DNA of 64,000 bases from a virus. Every line of letters starts with the position of its first letter. Positions within the stretch are counted from its first letter, which is position 1. The translations under genes and the position numbers were made by a program. The stretch is from positions 1 to 64,000 of IMG/VR virus record IMGVR_UViG_3300037797_000149. One strand, written 5' to 3'. Below, piece after piece: positions 44,578 through 53,212 of the stretch. Below the pieces are notes generated by a model that did not search any database, was not told the origin of the DNA, and worked only from the letters and a program-made list of their open reading frames with translations.

Positions 44578-44849
44578 CGCGCACCCGACTTCATGCAGCG
44601 CAAGCACTTCGGCAATCTGGCTAGGCGCTCGTACTCGTCCTGAGTTCCGGTACCGCGCCAATGTGACGGAAGTGCGACAGCGAGTCCGCACAGGCTGAAC
44701 CGGGACGAGTCGAAGATATTGAGGCTGGTCATGTGGCGAACGCCACCGCGAGCCAGGTAGCGCCAGCCCTCGCCGACAAGTAGCGCACCACGTTCGCCGA
44801 GGGTTTCCCATTGACGCCCGTCAAATCGCGTCGGGATCTGAGTGGTCAT
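44574..44849 (-). CDS. hypothetical protein
   Basis: ORF 44574..44963 trimmed to ATG 44849 inside GAGGTGCGCGATGAC. Confidence 0.5.
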   Translation of the reverse strand: MTTQIPTRFDGRQWETLGERGALLVGEGWRYLARGGVRHMTSLNIFDSSRFSLCGLAVALPSHWRGTGTQDEYERLARLPKCLRCMKSGAR

Positions 44850-45363
44850 CGCGCACCTCACTGTCCGTGTCCTCGACCGGCTGTAGATAGCTGACCGGTC
44901 GGCCGATCTTCTTGGCGTAGTCGATCTCCGAACGGGTCGATTCGCCGATGTAGCCACCGACATTGAGCACGAGCACCTTGTCAGCCAGGTCGATCTTGCG
45001 CTTGTGCAGCTCGTCGAGCCGCGCCTTGAGACCGTGGTCTACGTGCTGTGGGTCCTCATCGAGCGCCTGCGTGGTGACGATCTCGATTGACAAAACGATC
45101 GCCCCGGCATGAGTGAGCCGCACGCGCTGGCGGTTGAACTCGTCAACGAAGCGCGTCGAACCGCAAAGGCAGACGATTTCTGGTTTTGAGCCACCCCACT
45201 CAACGGTGGTCTCCGTGTCGTCGCCGGGGATAAGTCCCGCATCAGCGAGGATGTCCAGTGCGGCCTCCAGAGGTGCGTTGATCCAGTGGCCAGGCTTGTT
45301 CTTGTTCAACGCACCCTTACGACTGAAGGCCTCGGCGGCGCGTTCGATATTGCTCAGCATCAT
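44821..45363 (-). CDS. fusion: MMxSNIE N-module + nucleoside 2-deoxyribosyltransferase-like 'CGSxRF' domain
   Basis: 180 aa. The N-terminus 'MMLSNIERAAE...LADAGLIPGDD' is shared with three downstream paralogues. The C-terminus 'CLCGSTRF...YIGESTRSEIDYA' is paralogous to 8463..8801. Confidence 0.5.
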   Translation of the reverse strand: MMLSNIERAAEAFSRKGALNKNKPGHWINAPLEAALDILADAGLIPGDDTETTVEWGGSKPEIVCLCGSTRFVDEFNRQRVRLTHAGAIVLSIEIVTTQALDEDPQHVDHGLKARLDELHKRKIDLADKVLVLNVGGYIGESTRSEIDYAKKIGRPVSYLQPVEDTDSEVRDDHSDPDAI

Positions 45364-45647
45364 TTGACCTTTTCCTGATTGTCCATATCCTCGACCGGGT
45401 CGCCTTCCTCATCGAGCTTGTGCTCACTGCTGAGGAAAAGGCGCTGAGCCCTGACGAACGCCTCCGTGAAATTCACGAGAACCGATGTGGCTGTCACGGT
45501 TCTGTGCTCACACCTAATGCGGCAGCGCACCCACTGATCAAAAGCGAATTCGATCCGAATGATGGTCGGGCAGGCATTTTCTAATTTTCGGTTCAGGAAT
45601 GCCCCGAGGACGTCGGAATCGTTGGGCATCAGCCAGTTAGCTGTCAT
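45360..45647 (-). CDS. hypothetical protein
   Basis: ORF 45360..45812 trimmed to ATG 45647 inside GAGGTGCGCGATGAC. Confidence 0.5.
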   Translation of the reverse strand: MTANWLMPNDSDVLGAFLNRKLENACPTIIRIEFAFDQWVRCRIRCEHRTVTATSVLVNFTEAFVRAQRLFLSSEHKLDEEGDPVEDMDNQEKVK

Positions 45648-45900
45648 CGCGCACCTCGCTGTCCGTGTCCTCGACATGATCTTTGTGTGGATAGCCGTCA
45701 CAACGACATCCATCCACCGGCCCCCAAGACGGGCATGTGCTGTTGATAGCGGCATCATGCCGACACGGTTCATTCCAGTACCCCATGTCACAGCCGCACT
45801 TTTCCGGGTCATGCCAGCGGGGAACCGACTCGTGGCATTGAGTGCATGCCAGGTTCGGGTTGGCGAACGTGATGTAGACGTGTGTTCGAGTGAAGGTCAC
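45637..45900 (-). CDS. Cys-rich hypothetical protein
   Basis: GTG 45900 with AGGAGGTGAG upstream and a GTGA overlap. Ends 'VEDTDSEVRDDS'. Confidence 0.45.
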   Translation of the reverse strand: MTFTRTHVYITFANPNLACTQCHESVPRWHDPEKCGCDMGYWNEPCRHDAAINSTCPSWGPVDGCRCDGYPHKDHVEDTDSEVRDDS

Positions 45901-46283
45901 GACTCGCTCACCTCCTGATTGTCCGTGTCCTCGACCGGCTGCCACAGCGTGCGGTGCGTGGTCACGGTGCGATTGACGACAGCAGTGAGCGTGTACCCGT
46001 GATTCGCGAACTGATTGGGGTACTTGCGGAGTTTTCGCGCCTCATGTTCAGAGCCGACAATAATGTCTGCGCCATCGCTCGTGCGCACGCCCCATTGGAC
46101 TCCAGTCTTTGCGTCGTCGCCAGGGATGAGACCCGCGTCGGCGAGAGCCTGAGCCAGCTCCAGGGCAGACATGCCGCCAAAGTGGCCGATCTGGCCCTCC
46201 CACGGTTTGGGTGGCGGGAGGGTGCGCGTTTTGAGCGTATGCTCGATCACCTCGGCTGCTTTCTCAACGTTGCTCGGCATCAT
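45897..46283 (-). CDS. MMPSNVE-family paralogue
   Basis: Trimmed to ATG 46283 (ATGA overlap). 'MMPSNVEKAAE...LADAGLIPGDDAKTGVQWGV'. Confidence 0.55.
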   Translation of the reverse strand: MMPSNVEKAAEVIEHTLKTRTLPPPKPWEGQIGHFGGMSALELAQALADAGLIPGDDAKTGVQWGVRTSDGADIIVGSEHEARKLRKYPNQFANHGYTLTAVVNRTVTTHRTLWQPVEDTDNQEVSES

Positions 46284-46648
46284 TCGCCTCCTTTCTGATA
46301 CGGCACCCACGGTGTGTGAATTGCGCTTCGGTGGACCGCCCAGCCTGCAGGGGGATGGACGCCTGCGGATTCCTGGTCGATCTCAAACCCAAATGCTTCA
46401 GTCGCGTCCCGAACCTTCTCGACCCGCCCGTTGTTCCATTGAACGCCGTACTGGGCAGTGGTCTCAGCGTTGTCGGGAATGAGAAGGCCCTCCTCGGCCA
46501 GAGCCTGGGCCTGATGCGTATCCGGATCGACGTAGGCGTCTTCGCACGCTGCGCACCGCCACGAGATGAAGCCGCCCACCACCCTGCGGAAGATGGGTTT
46601 GTGTGCAACGACGATCTCAGATGCTTTTTCGACGTTGGACGGCATCAT
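46280..46648 (-). CDS. MMPSNVE-family paralogue
   Basis: 122 aa. 'MMPSNVEKASE...LAEEGLLIPDNAETTAQYGV'. Confidence 0.55.
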   Translation of the reverse strand: MMPSNVEKASEIVVAHKPIFRRVVGGFISWRCAACEDAYVDPDTHQAQALAEEGLLIPDNAETTAQYGVQWNNGRVEKVRDATEAFGFEIDQESAGVHPPAGWAVHRSAIHTPWVPYQKGGE

Positions 46649-47031
46649 TCACCCCCTTCCTGATCGATCTTCCATGGACCGCGATGGGTGGTCACAGTGC
46701 TGTATACGACCGCTTCCACATACCCGGACTCGGCCTCGTCAGGACCACCTTTAGGGAGATCCTTCGCCTGAGCCCATGCCATCCTCCGAGGCGGACCCCA
46801 GTCAGCGGGGTCATGATCACTGCCGAAACTGTCGATCTCACCATCGTCGTAACGCACAGCCCACTCAGTGACCTGTGACGAATCACCTTCGGGGATGAGT
46901 CCCGCGTCGGCGAGATCGCGAGCCAACTGGCGGCAGAAGTCTCGGGGTCCTGCTACAACGCCTTCCTCCGCCCACATCAACCAGCGGTCATGCATCACCC
47001 CGGCGGCACGTTCGATATTGTCAGGCATCAT
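46645..47031 (-). CDS. MMPSNVE-family paralogue
   Basis: 128 aa. 'MMPDNIERAAG...LADAGLIPEGDSSQVTEWAV'. Confidence 0.55.
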   Translation of the reverse strand: MMPDNIERAAGVMHDRWLMWAEEGVVAGPRDFCRQLARDLADAGLIPEGDSSQVTEWAVRYDDGEIDSFGSDHDPADWGPPRRMAWAQAKDLPKGGPDEAESGYVEAVVYSTVTTHRGPWKIDQEGGE

Positions 47032-47034
47032 CGA

Positions 47035-47259
47035 TCACCTCCGGCGGAGCGCACTCTGTTGAGCAGTACCAATACCCGAGGCTGGTCCAGATCCCGCGCT
47101 CTCCGGTCTTTCTCGCCGCAAGACCCAGGAAGCACGCCCCGCACAAGGCGCAGCGCCGCGTGAACTCAGAGGCCGGTTCAGGTTTCCCCCAAGCGGATTT
47201 GACACGGATCGGCCAGTTGGGTCAAAAGAGCCGGCGGGCCAATCGGCGCTGGACGGCAT
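47035..47259 (-). CDS. uncertain small gene; ATG frame looks non-coding downstream, alternate frame encodes a zinc ribbon
   Basis: ATG 47259 is start-coupled (TGATG). The Arg/Ser/Pro/Gly-rich product looks like an off-frame translation. The -1 frame (47021..47221) reads '..RRCALCGACF...YWYCSTEC..' but has no canonical start. Confidence 0.3.
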   Translation of the reverse strand: MPSSADWPAGSFDPTGRSVSNPLGGNLNRPLSSRGAAPCAGRASWVLRRERPESAGSGPASGIGTAQQSALRRR

Positions 47260-47549
47260 CAGTGATCACCACCTTTGCGGACGACAAGCGTGGCCATTCC
47301 CAGACCGTGCCGGATCGCCAGCTCCGAACAACCGTCCCCGGCGTCGTCCACGGAGTCGCCCGCACGTTCGATGTCCGTCGCGATCTGCTCACGTTGCGCC
47401 TTGAGCGCCCTTTGAACCTCCGCCTGTACGTACGTGTCGATGTGTGGCATCAGTGCGTCAGTGACCGCCTCCGCATGCGCATTCGTCACGATCGGGTCGT
47501 CGGGCAACGCGTCCTGCAATTCGCCGATCAGTTCGTCCCGTGTCGTCAC
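47259..47549 (-). CDS. hypothetical protein
   Basis: 96-aa ORF with an ATGA overlap upstream. Confidence 0.55.
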   Translation of the reverse strand: MTTRDELIGELQDALPDDPIVTNAHAEAVTDALMPHIDTYVQAEVQRALKAQREQIATDIERAGDSVDDAGDGCSELAIRHGLGMATLVVRKGGDH

Positions 47550-47875
47550 GACGAATCACCCTTCCATTCCCATATACGGTCCTTCTGACGCTCGACCGAC
47601 TTGGCCTCGGATTCGTGGATCTGCACAACGAAGAAGCTGGTGGGACTCTCAGTGAAATCGAGCTCGTCCGCGAAATCGCGCAGATCCACTGGCCCCAACG
47701 GATCGCCCTGACGTAATACTGCGCCATACGGCAGCAGAATCCAGCCGCCTTCGGAGTCAGGGATCAGGTTCAGCTTCAGGCAGATGGCGATCGCGACCGT
47801 CGCCTCGTCGATTCCGATTTTCTCGGGCAGATGCACCACCCGCGGTTCAGCCCGAGGCTGGGAGTGGGAGGTCAT
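47546..47875 (-). CDS. hypothetical protein (first gene of the ~9.5-kb leftward operon)
   Basis: 109-aa ORF directly downstream of promoter 47942..47970. Confidence 0.55.
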   Translation of the reverse strand: MTSHSQPRAEPRVVHLPEKIGIDEATVAIAICLKLNLIPDSEGGWILLPYGAVLRQGDPLGPVDLRDFADELDFTESPTSFFVVQIHESEAKSVERQKDRIWEWKGDSS

Positions 47876-47941
47876 TCACATCACCTCTCTTGATTCGTAA
47901 GGAATGTAGGCATGGGCCAAGCGTCGTTGTCAGAAATCCTG

Positions 47942-47970
47942 ACTGTATCAGGTAGATCGGATCGTGTCGA
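47942..47970 (-). promoter_or_regulatory. promoter, conserved family (TCGACA-17-TGaTACAGT)
   Basis: The minus strand reads tcgacacgatccgatctaccTGATACAGT. The -10 is embedded in the near-palindrome cctgactgtatcagg. Confidence 0.6.
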
Positions 47971-48085
47971 GACGTGACGTCCGCACGGTCTCCAGCGTGG
48001 GGTGATAGGTTGTCACGACCACACCCGCCACCTGATCATCAGGTTATGAGGCGGGCGTATGTGAATAACAGAGAGGAACGCCCCA

Positions 48086-48358
48086 ATGACGACCACCACA
48101 ATCCCAGCGAGCGTGAACGCGGACATGACTGTCGCCATCGACCGCCCCGAGGGCCAGACCAGTGACCCGATCACCGCCAAAGCCATGCTGGGGGTCGCCG
48201 TCAGGCGGCACGGAAAAGACTCGTTTCAGGCGTACAGCGCCCGCCAGGACCTGGCTGAAGCCGTCATCGCCGTCGCCATCGAAAGACGCCTGAACTCCGG
48301 TCCTCCACTGAAAGACGAGGCCAAACGGCGGCTTGCGCTGCAGCTGCTGGACGTCTGA
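48086..48358 (+). CDS. hypothetical protein
   Basis: 90-aa ORF with RBS GAGAGGA. Confidence 0.55.
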   Translation: MTTTTIPASVNADMTVAIDRPEGQTSDPITAKAMLGVAVRRHGKDSFQAYSARQDLAEAVIAVAIERRLNSGPPLKDEAKRRLALQLLDV

Positions 48359-48473
48359 GACCGCTCGAAACGAGTGGACGTATGAAAACTGACGCCGGAC
48401 ATCCGGCCATCAACTATCCCGCCCGCCCCGCACAGGTTGCACGGGCATCGAGCACGAAAGAGAAGGGGCGGTC

Positions 48474-51260
48474 ATGACAGACGTCACACACCGCAATCCA
48501 TTCGCCGCCGCACCCGCCTATCGCGAAAAAGGCTGGGAAGGGACGGTCCCGGTGGCCTATGAGGGCAAGACGCTGCTGGTGAAATCGTTCACCGGCAGGC
48601 AGGGGAAATGGCCCAGCGACGAACAGGTGAGTAGAAGGATCGCGAAGGGGGAGGCGAACGGGGGAAAGCTTGAGAACATCGCGCTGCGGCTGCCCGCCGG
48701 GGTCGTCGGGGTGGACGTGGACGATTATGGAGGCAAGAACGGAGCCCGATCGCTGCGCGAGCTCGAAGCCGAATACGGGGAACTGCCGGAAACGGCCCGG
48801 TCGAGCGCCCGCGGATTCGACGGGGCCGGGGGAATCAGGCTGTTCCGGTTGCCCGCGGAGCACGCGGGGGCAGAACTGGCCGGCGCGCCCGCCGACGGGA
48901 TCGAGATCATCCAATTCCACCATCGCTACGCCATCGTCTGGCCGTCGGTGCACCCGAAGACCAAGACCCGGTATGAGTGGGAGAGCGGGGAAATCCCGGC
49001 GGTGGATGAGTTGGCCGAACTGCCTTCGGGGTGGGTTCTCGGGCTGAGCGCCACCAGCACTGGGGGGCGCAAGGAAGCCGGCGCCATCGAGGCCGGCGAG
49101 AAGGACGTTGCGGCGTATTTCGAGGCGATACGGGACGGCTCAGGGCAGATGTGCCGGGCTGTGGAGCGGATGGCGGACAGGCTGATCGAAGGGGCGTCAC
49201 GGGAACGCGGGAACGCCCACGACGCCGTCAACCGCGACATCCTCGCACTCATCGAGATGGGCTACCAGGGCCATCGCGGCGTGGCGTCGGCACTGGGGAA
49301 AGGCCGGCGGATATTCATCGAGACCGCCTCGGACCGGTCGACCAAGGCCGAACTGGCCGCCGAATGGCGGCGGATGGCCGCTGGGGCGCTAGCGATCAAG
49401 CAGGCGGAGAAGGACGGGCGGGGACGGGAGATGGAGCACGTCTGCGCCTGTGACCATCCTGGGAAACTGGGGCCGTTCGGTGAGGTCGTCGACGATGTGG
49501 TTCCCGGGGCTGCGGCGGCCGGCGACGGAGCGGGCAGCAACGGCGAGAGCGGCCCACCGGGGGCGCTGTACGACCTGGTGAGCGATGAAAGCGGTGATGA
49601 GGCGGCACGGGCCGCGCTGGTGGCCGCCGGAGTCACACGGGCCGAATTGGACGGTCTGGCGAAGGTGGACGCCAGCGAATGGGACCGGGGAGGGTTCACC
49701 GACCGGTGGATTGCGGAGAGTTTCGCCTACAACGTGTGCGCACCGCGGTTCTGCTGGGTGGCTGCGTTCGGGTGGCTGCGCTTCGACGGGAAGAAATGGT
49801 CGAGATGTTCGGACGAGCGCGTCATGGAGATGGCCGGCCGCTGGGCGCGGACCAAGCTCGCGGAGCGGGTCAAAGCCGGCGACCTGGATTCCTCGAAATT
49901 CAAGGGCTGGAAGACGATGCTCTCGGAGAAACGGCAGCGCGACGTGGTCAAGCTGGCCCGTGGGCTGACGGAAGTCGACGGGGCGCTGTTCGACGCCGAC
50001 CCGGACCTTTTGAACTGCCAGAACGGGGTTGTGGATCTGCGGACCGGGAGGATCATGGAGCACGCGCCGGACTTCTACATGCGCAAGATCACGAAATGTG
50101 CGTACGTGGAGGGGGCCGAACACGAGGACTGGAACAAAGCCTTGACCGCACTACCGCCCGACGTCGCGATGTGGATGAAAGCGCGTTACGGGCAGGCGAT
50201 CACGGGTCATATGACGCCAGACGATTTGCTGATCGTGCAGAACGGGACCGGGTCCAACGGGAAGAGTTCGGTGTTCGCCGGGATGCAGTCTCTCGGGGGT
50301 TATATCGGGTTGCTGTCGGACCGGGTCATCTTCGCCGACCCGAGAGATCATCCGACCGAACTCATGGATCTGCAAGGACTGCGGATGGCGCTGATCGAAG
50401 AGACGCTGGAAACGCGGCGACTCAACGTACAGCGACTGAAGAAACTAATCGGGACCACCCAAGTGACCGCCCGGCACATCCGGAAAGACTCGGTCACCTT
50501 CGATGCCACGCATTCAATTTTCCTGTCCACGAACTACCGTCCGGCCGTCGAGGAGACCGATGACGGCACATGGCGCCGGCTGGCGCTGGTGACGTTCCCG
50601 TACACGTTCATCAAGCCGGGCGAGACACTGAGCACCGGCCTCGGCGTGGGGATGGACGAAGCGGGGGACTACAGCGACTCCCGGGACGAATGGCGGCCGG
50701 GGGACGCGGGGCTGCGGGAACGACTACATCACGGTGACAGTGGCAGGCATGAGGCCGCTCTTGCCTGGATGGTGGCCGGCGCACGGCAGTGGTACGACGC
50801 CGACAAACAGATGCCTGAAATGCCGATCACGGTGGCCATGGACACCCGGGAATGGCGGGCGGAGTCAGACGTGGTGATGGCCTACTGCGACGAACGGCTG
50901 GAATTCGAGCCGGGGTACCACGTGGCCAGCGGTGATCTGTTGCTGGACTTGAACGGGTGGCTGGAGAACCACGGGCACAAACCCTGGTCGGCCAAATTGA
51001 TGGCAACCCGGTTCGAGAATAGTAGCGAGGTACGCAAAAACCGGGTACGGCAAGAGCGCGTAAGGAAAGATCAGAAGACCGGTGGAGGGGTCTTGTCACG
51101 GCCCGACATGGGCTTTGAATCCAAAACTCTGTACATCCACCTATCGGATCTCGGAAAACAGTACCGGGCGTGGTCAGGAGTGCGCTTCGCCAACGATACC
51201 GTCTCTACACCGGACAAGATTTCACCGGAAACACACGATGATGACCCAAACCCCTTCTGA
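48474..51260 (+). CDS. bifunctional DNA primase-polymerase / D5-type SF3 helicase
   Basis: 928 aa. N-terminal prim-pol ('VGVDVDDYGG', 'HHRYAIVWPSVHP'). Central D5_N-like region. Walker A 'GTGSNGKS'. Confidence 0.8.
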   Translation: MTDVTHRNPFAAAPAYREKGWEGTVPVAYEGKTLLVKSFTGRQGKWPSDEQVSRRIAKGEANGGKLENIALRLPAGVVGVDVDDYGGKNGARSLRELEAEYGELPETARSSARGFDGAGGIRLFRLPAEHAGAELAGAPADGIEIIQFHHRYAIVWPSVHPKTKTRYEWESGEIPAVDELAELPSGWVLGLSATSTGGRKEAGAIEAGEKDVAAYFEAIRDGSGQMCRAVERMADRLIEGASRERGNAHDAVNRDILALIEMGYQGHRGVASALGKGRRIFIETASDRSTKAELAAEWRRMAAGALAIKQAEKDGRGREMEHVCACDHPGKLGPFGEVVDDVVPGAAAAGDGAGSNGESGPPGALYDLVSDESGDEAARAALVAAGVTRAELDGLAKVDASEWDRGGFTDRWIAESFAYNVCAPRFCWVAAFGWLRFDGKKWSRCSDERVMEMAGRWARTKLAERVKAGDLDSSKFKGWKTMLSEKRQRDVVKLARGLTEVDGALFDADPDLLNCQNGVVDLRTGRIMEHAPDFYMRKITKCAYVEGAEHEDWNKALTALPPDVAMWMKARYGQAITGHMTPDDLLIVQNGTGSNGKSSVFAGMQSLGGYIGLLSDRVIFADPRDHPTELMDLQGLRMALIEETLETRRLNVQRLKKLIGTTQVTARHIRKDSVTFDATHSIFLSTNYRPAVEETDDGTWRRLALVTFPYTFIKPGETLSTGLGVGMDEAGDYSDSRDEWRPGDAGLRERLHHGDSGRHEAALAWMVAGARQWYDADKQMPEMPITVAMDTREWRAESDVVMAYCDERLEFEPGYHVASGDLLLDLNGWLENHGHKPWSAKLMATRFENSSEVRKNRVRQERVRKDQKTGGGVLSRPDMGFESKTLYIHLSDLGKQYRAWSGVRFANDTVSTPDKISPETHDDDPNPF

Positions 51261-51280
51261 CCTGCATAAATGCAAAAGTG

Positions 51281-51366
51281 TGGGACGCTTGGGACGGCAG
51301 TTCCTATGTACCCTTACGCGTACGCGATGTAAGGGGGTACCGAAAAATGCCGTCCCAAGCGTCCCA
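51281..51366. terminator. compound hairpin / bidirectional terminator candidate
   Basis: 19-bp perfect inverted repeat tgggacgcttgggacggca / tgccgtcccaagcgtccca encloses a second hairpin (gtacccttac...gtaagggggtac). T-runs on both sides; between convergent genes. Confidence 0.6.
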
Positions 51367-51471
51367 AGAATTTTCGATCAAGATCTTTTAGAGGGCGGAA
51401 TGTGGATCTTGAAAACGGCCTCGGACGAGACCGTTTCCGAAGGGGGTAGCGCCGGGTGAGCGAAGGCGGGC

Positions 51472-51891
51472 TCACTCGATCGCGTCGATGTCCCAATACC
51501 ATCGTTGCGGAGTTGCCATTTGCTCATCGGCGTTGGTCCAGACCTTGGCGTGGAACAGCGCGCTGGTTTTGCACGGGTGCGGGGGTCCACGGTCGATGTA
51601 GCGGTAATCGGCCCTGGTTTCGGTGCCGCCGGGGTCGTCCGGACTGGTGTGGCGGACGATCTCGGTCATGTCGCAGACGAACCAGGGTGATTCGGTTCGC
51701 CGCGGATCGTAAGCCGCGAACCGGTAGAGGGTCAGGGTCTCGAATTCGCCAGACTCCAGTCGCCGTGTCCAGTACAGCGAATGGGCGGGACCGGCCTGGA
51801 TGTCGCCGCCCACGTCGCCGGCATCGTCGAAGCGGACGACCTCAGACCAGTTCGCTTCGCTCGTACGGTCTTCGGCGTTGGTGTGAGTCAT
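51472..51891 (-). CDS. hypothetical protein
   Basis: 139-aa ORF. Confidence 0.55.
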   Translation of the reverse strand: MTHTNAEDRTSEANWSEVVRFDDAGDVGGDIQAGPAHSLYWTRRLESGEFETLTLYRFAAYDPRRTESPWFVCDMTEIVRHTSPDDPGGTETRADYRYIDRGPPHPCKTSALFHAKVWTNADEQMATPQRWYWDIDAIE

Positions 51892-52055
51892 GATGAAACA
51901 CCGTCCTGTCGGAGAGTCTTTGAAAGGTTTTGGCGATGGGAGCTTTCCCCGCTTGTCGAGAATCCGCTAAATTGGGTTCCGGGCGTTCGGGTGCCCGGCA
52001 AGCCTGTAAGGCCGTCTGTGGCCGATGGAGAAGTTAATGAGGTAGGGTTCTGGCC

Positions 52056-52310
52056 ATGCAATGGACTCACACATGCGGCAGGGTCGTGCATGGCCGGAAT
52101 ACGCAACACTGCCCTGTCTGCCACCAAGATTTTCGATCTACCAAGGCCGGTGATGCGCACCGGGTCGGGCCTTACGAAATTCCGGGTGCCCGGCGGTGCG
52201 TCAGCGGAGCCGAGATGCGCGACCGCGGTTTCATCCAAGACGAACGCGGGCGGTGGCACGAGCCGATGACTGATGAACGAAAGGCGCAGATTGCGGCATT
52301 GCGCGAGTAA
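52056..52310 (+). CDS. FDxHR-type zinc-binding protein
   Basis: 'HCPVCHQDFRSTKAGDAHR' fits CxxCHxxF...DxHR. Lone plus-strand gene; the overlapping minus ORF 51888..52361 looks like off-frame junk. Confidence 0.5.
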   Translation: MQWTHTCGRVVHGRNTQHCPVCHQDFRSTKAGDAHRVGPYEIPGARRCVSGAEMRDRGFIQDERGRWHEPMTDERKAQIAALRE

Positions 52311-52317
52311 TGGCATT

Positions 52318-52461
52318 TCAGCGGTGCAGGTCGTCGTGCAGCAGGTTCCGGCCCGTCGCAACGGCGAGGGTGATCAGGCCACGGGCCACGATCAGCACTA
52401 GGCAGGCGGCCACCGTCAGGCAGGCCAGTGCCCCGCCGGCGAAGATCGCAGTGGTGATCAT
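52318..52461 (-). CDS. small membrane protein (47 aa)
   Basis: ATG 52461 (ATGA overlap). 'ITTAIFAGGALACLTVAACLVLIVA'. Confidence 0.45.
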   Translation of the reverse strand: MITTAIFAGGALACLTVAACLVLIVARGLITLAVATGRNLLHDDLHR

Positions 52462-52970
52462 TCGGCGTCGCCGAGACCGTGACGGGCGATCGCGGCGCGG
52501 GCCTGGTGCCGCCACTGGTCGGTCAGCGGGCTCATACGGGCTTTGAATTCGGCCTCGGTGGTCACGCCGCCGAAGTATCCGGGAGCGGCGCGCAAGTAGC
52601 GTTCTGCCCGTTGTGCGGGGGTCATGGAGAACATGGGTTCGTGGACTGGCTCAAGGTGCGTGCCGTCGCCGTTGCCGTCGCTGAACCAGAACCAGCCGTT
52701 CTCAAGGGCGTGCATCGGCCGGCCGTCGATATCACAGAGGTGGAGGGCGATCAGGTCGCGCAATTCCGGGAACACCCCGGCGATCATCTCGTGTATGCAG
52801 CCGTGCGCATCGGGGTTGCGGCGGCGGGAGCTCTTTTCCCATGCTTCGCCTGTCACGCTGAAATACGATGGTTGGTCACCGAGTTTGCGGAGACCGTATT
52901 CGGCGTGGATCAACCGGTATTCGGTGCCTAGTACTGTGACGTTCTTGAGTTCCTTCGTCTTCATGGTCAT
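52458..52970 (-). CDS. hypothetical protein
   Basis: 170-aa ORF with an ATGA overlap upstream. Confidence 0.55.
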   Translation of the reverse strand: MTMKTKELKNVTVLGTEYRLIHAEYGLRKLGDQPSYFSVTGEAWEKSSRRRNPDAHGCIHEMIAGVFPELRDLIALHLCDIDGRPMHALENGWFWFSDGNGDGTHLEPVHEPMFSMTPAQRAERYLRAAPGYFGGVTTEAEFKARMSPLTDQWRHQARAAIARHGLGDAE

Positions 52971-53212
52971 GGTGATGCCTCCTCGGTTTCGGGTGTGCGG
53001 TCGTACAGCGGCGGAACAGGGCGTTCCAGACGCCGTAAGAATTTGTCCGCGTAGGTGGAATCACCGAAGTTTCCATCGCCGGGATGTGGTCTCATCTGCC
53101 CGACGACGTCCGCGATGTCTTCCAATGTGTCGGCCGACCAGTCGGGCGAGGTGCCCAATAGCGTGGCGATGGCGTCGAGCGCCCTTTCGTCTGTCCATCC
53201 GGCAGTGGTCAC
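52967..53212 (-). CDS. hypothetical protein
   Basis: 81-aa ORF, GTG start with GAGGAGG upstream. Confidence 0.5.
   Translation of the reverse strand: MTTAGWTDERALDAIATLLGTSPDWSADTLEDIADVVGQMRPHPGDGNFGDSTYADKFLRRLERPVPPLYDRTPETEEASP

Noticed and set aside
48001-48012. TGATAGGTT at 48003-48011 as a family promoter for the primase operon, and TGATACGCG near 21795 (minus strand) as another member.
   Set aside because: Neither has a -35-like GACA element at 16-19 nt, and the second has a poor -10 hexamer. The promoter of the 48-kb rightward operon remains unidentified.
51888-52361. A 157-aa minus-strand ORF that would keep the 51-57 kb block uniformly leftward.
   Set aside because: Its product is a low-complexity Thr/Pro/Ser/Arg string. 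The plus-strand ORF 52056..52310 carries a coherent CxxCH..DxHR zinc motif.
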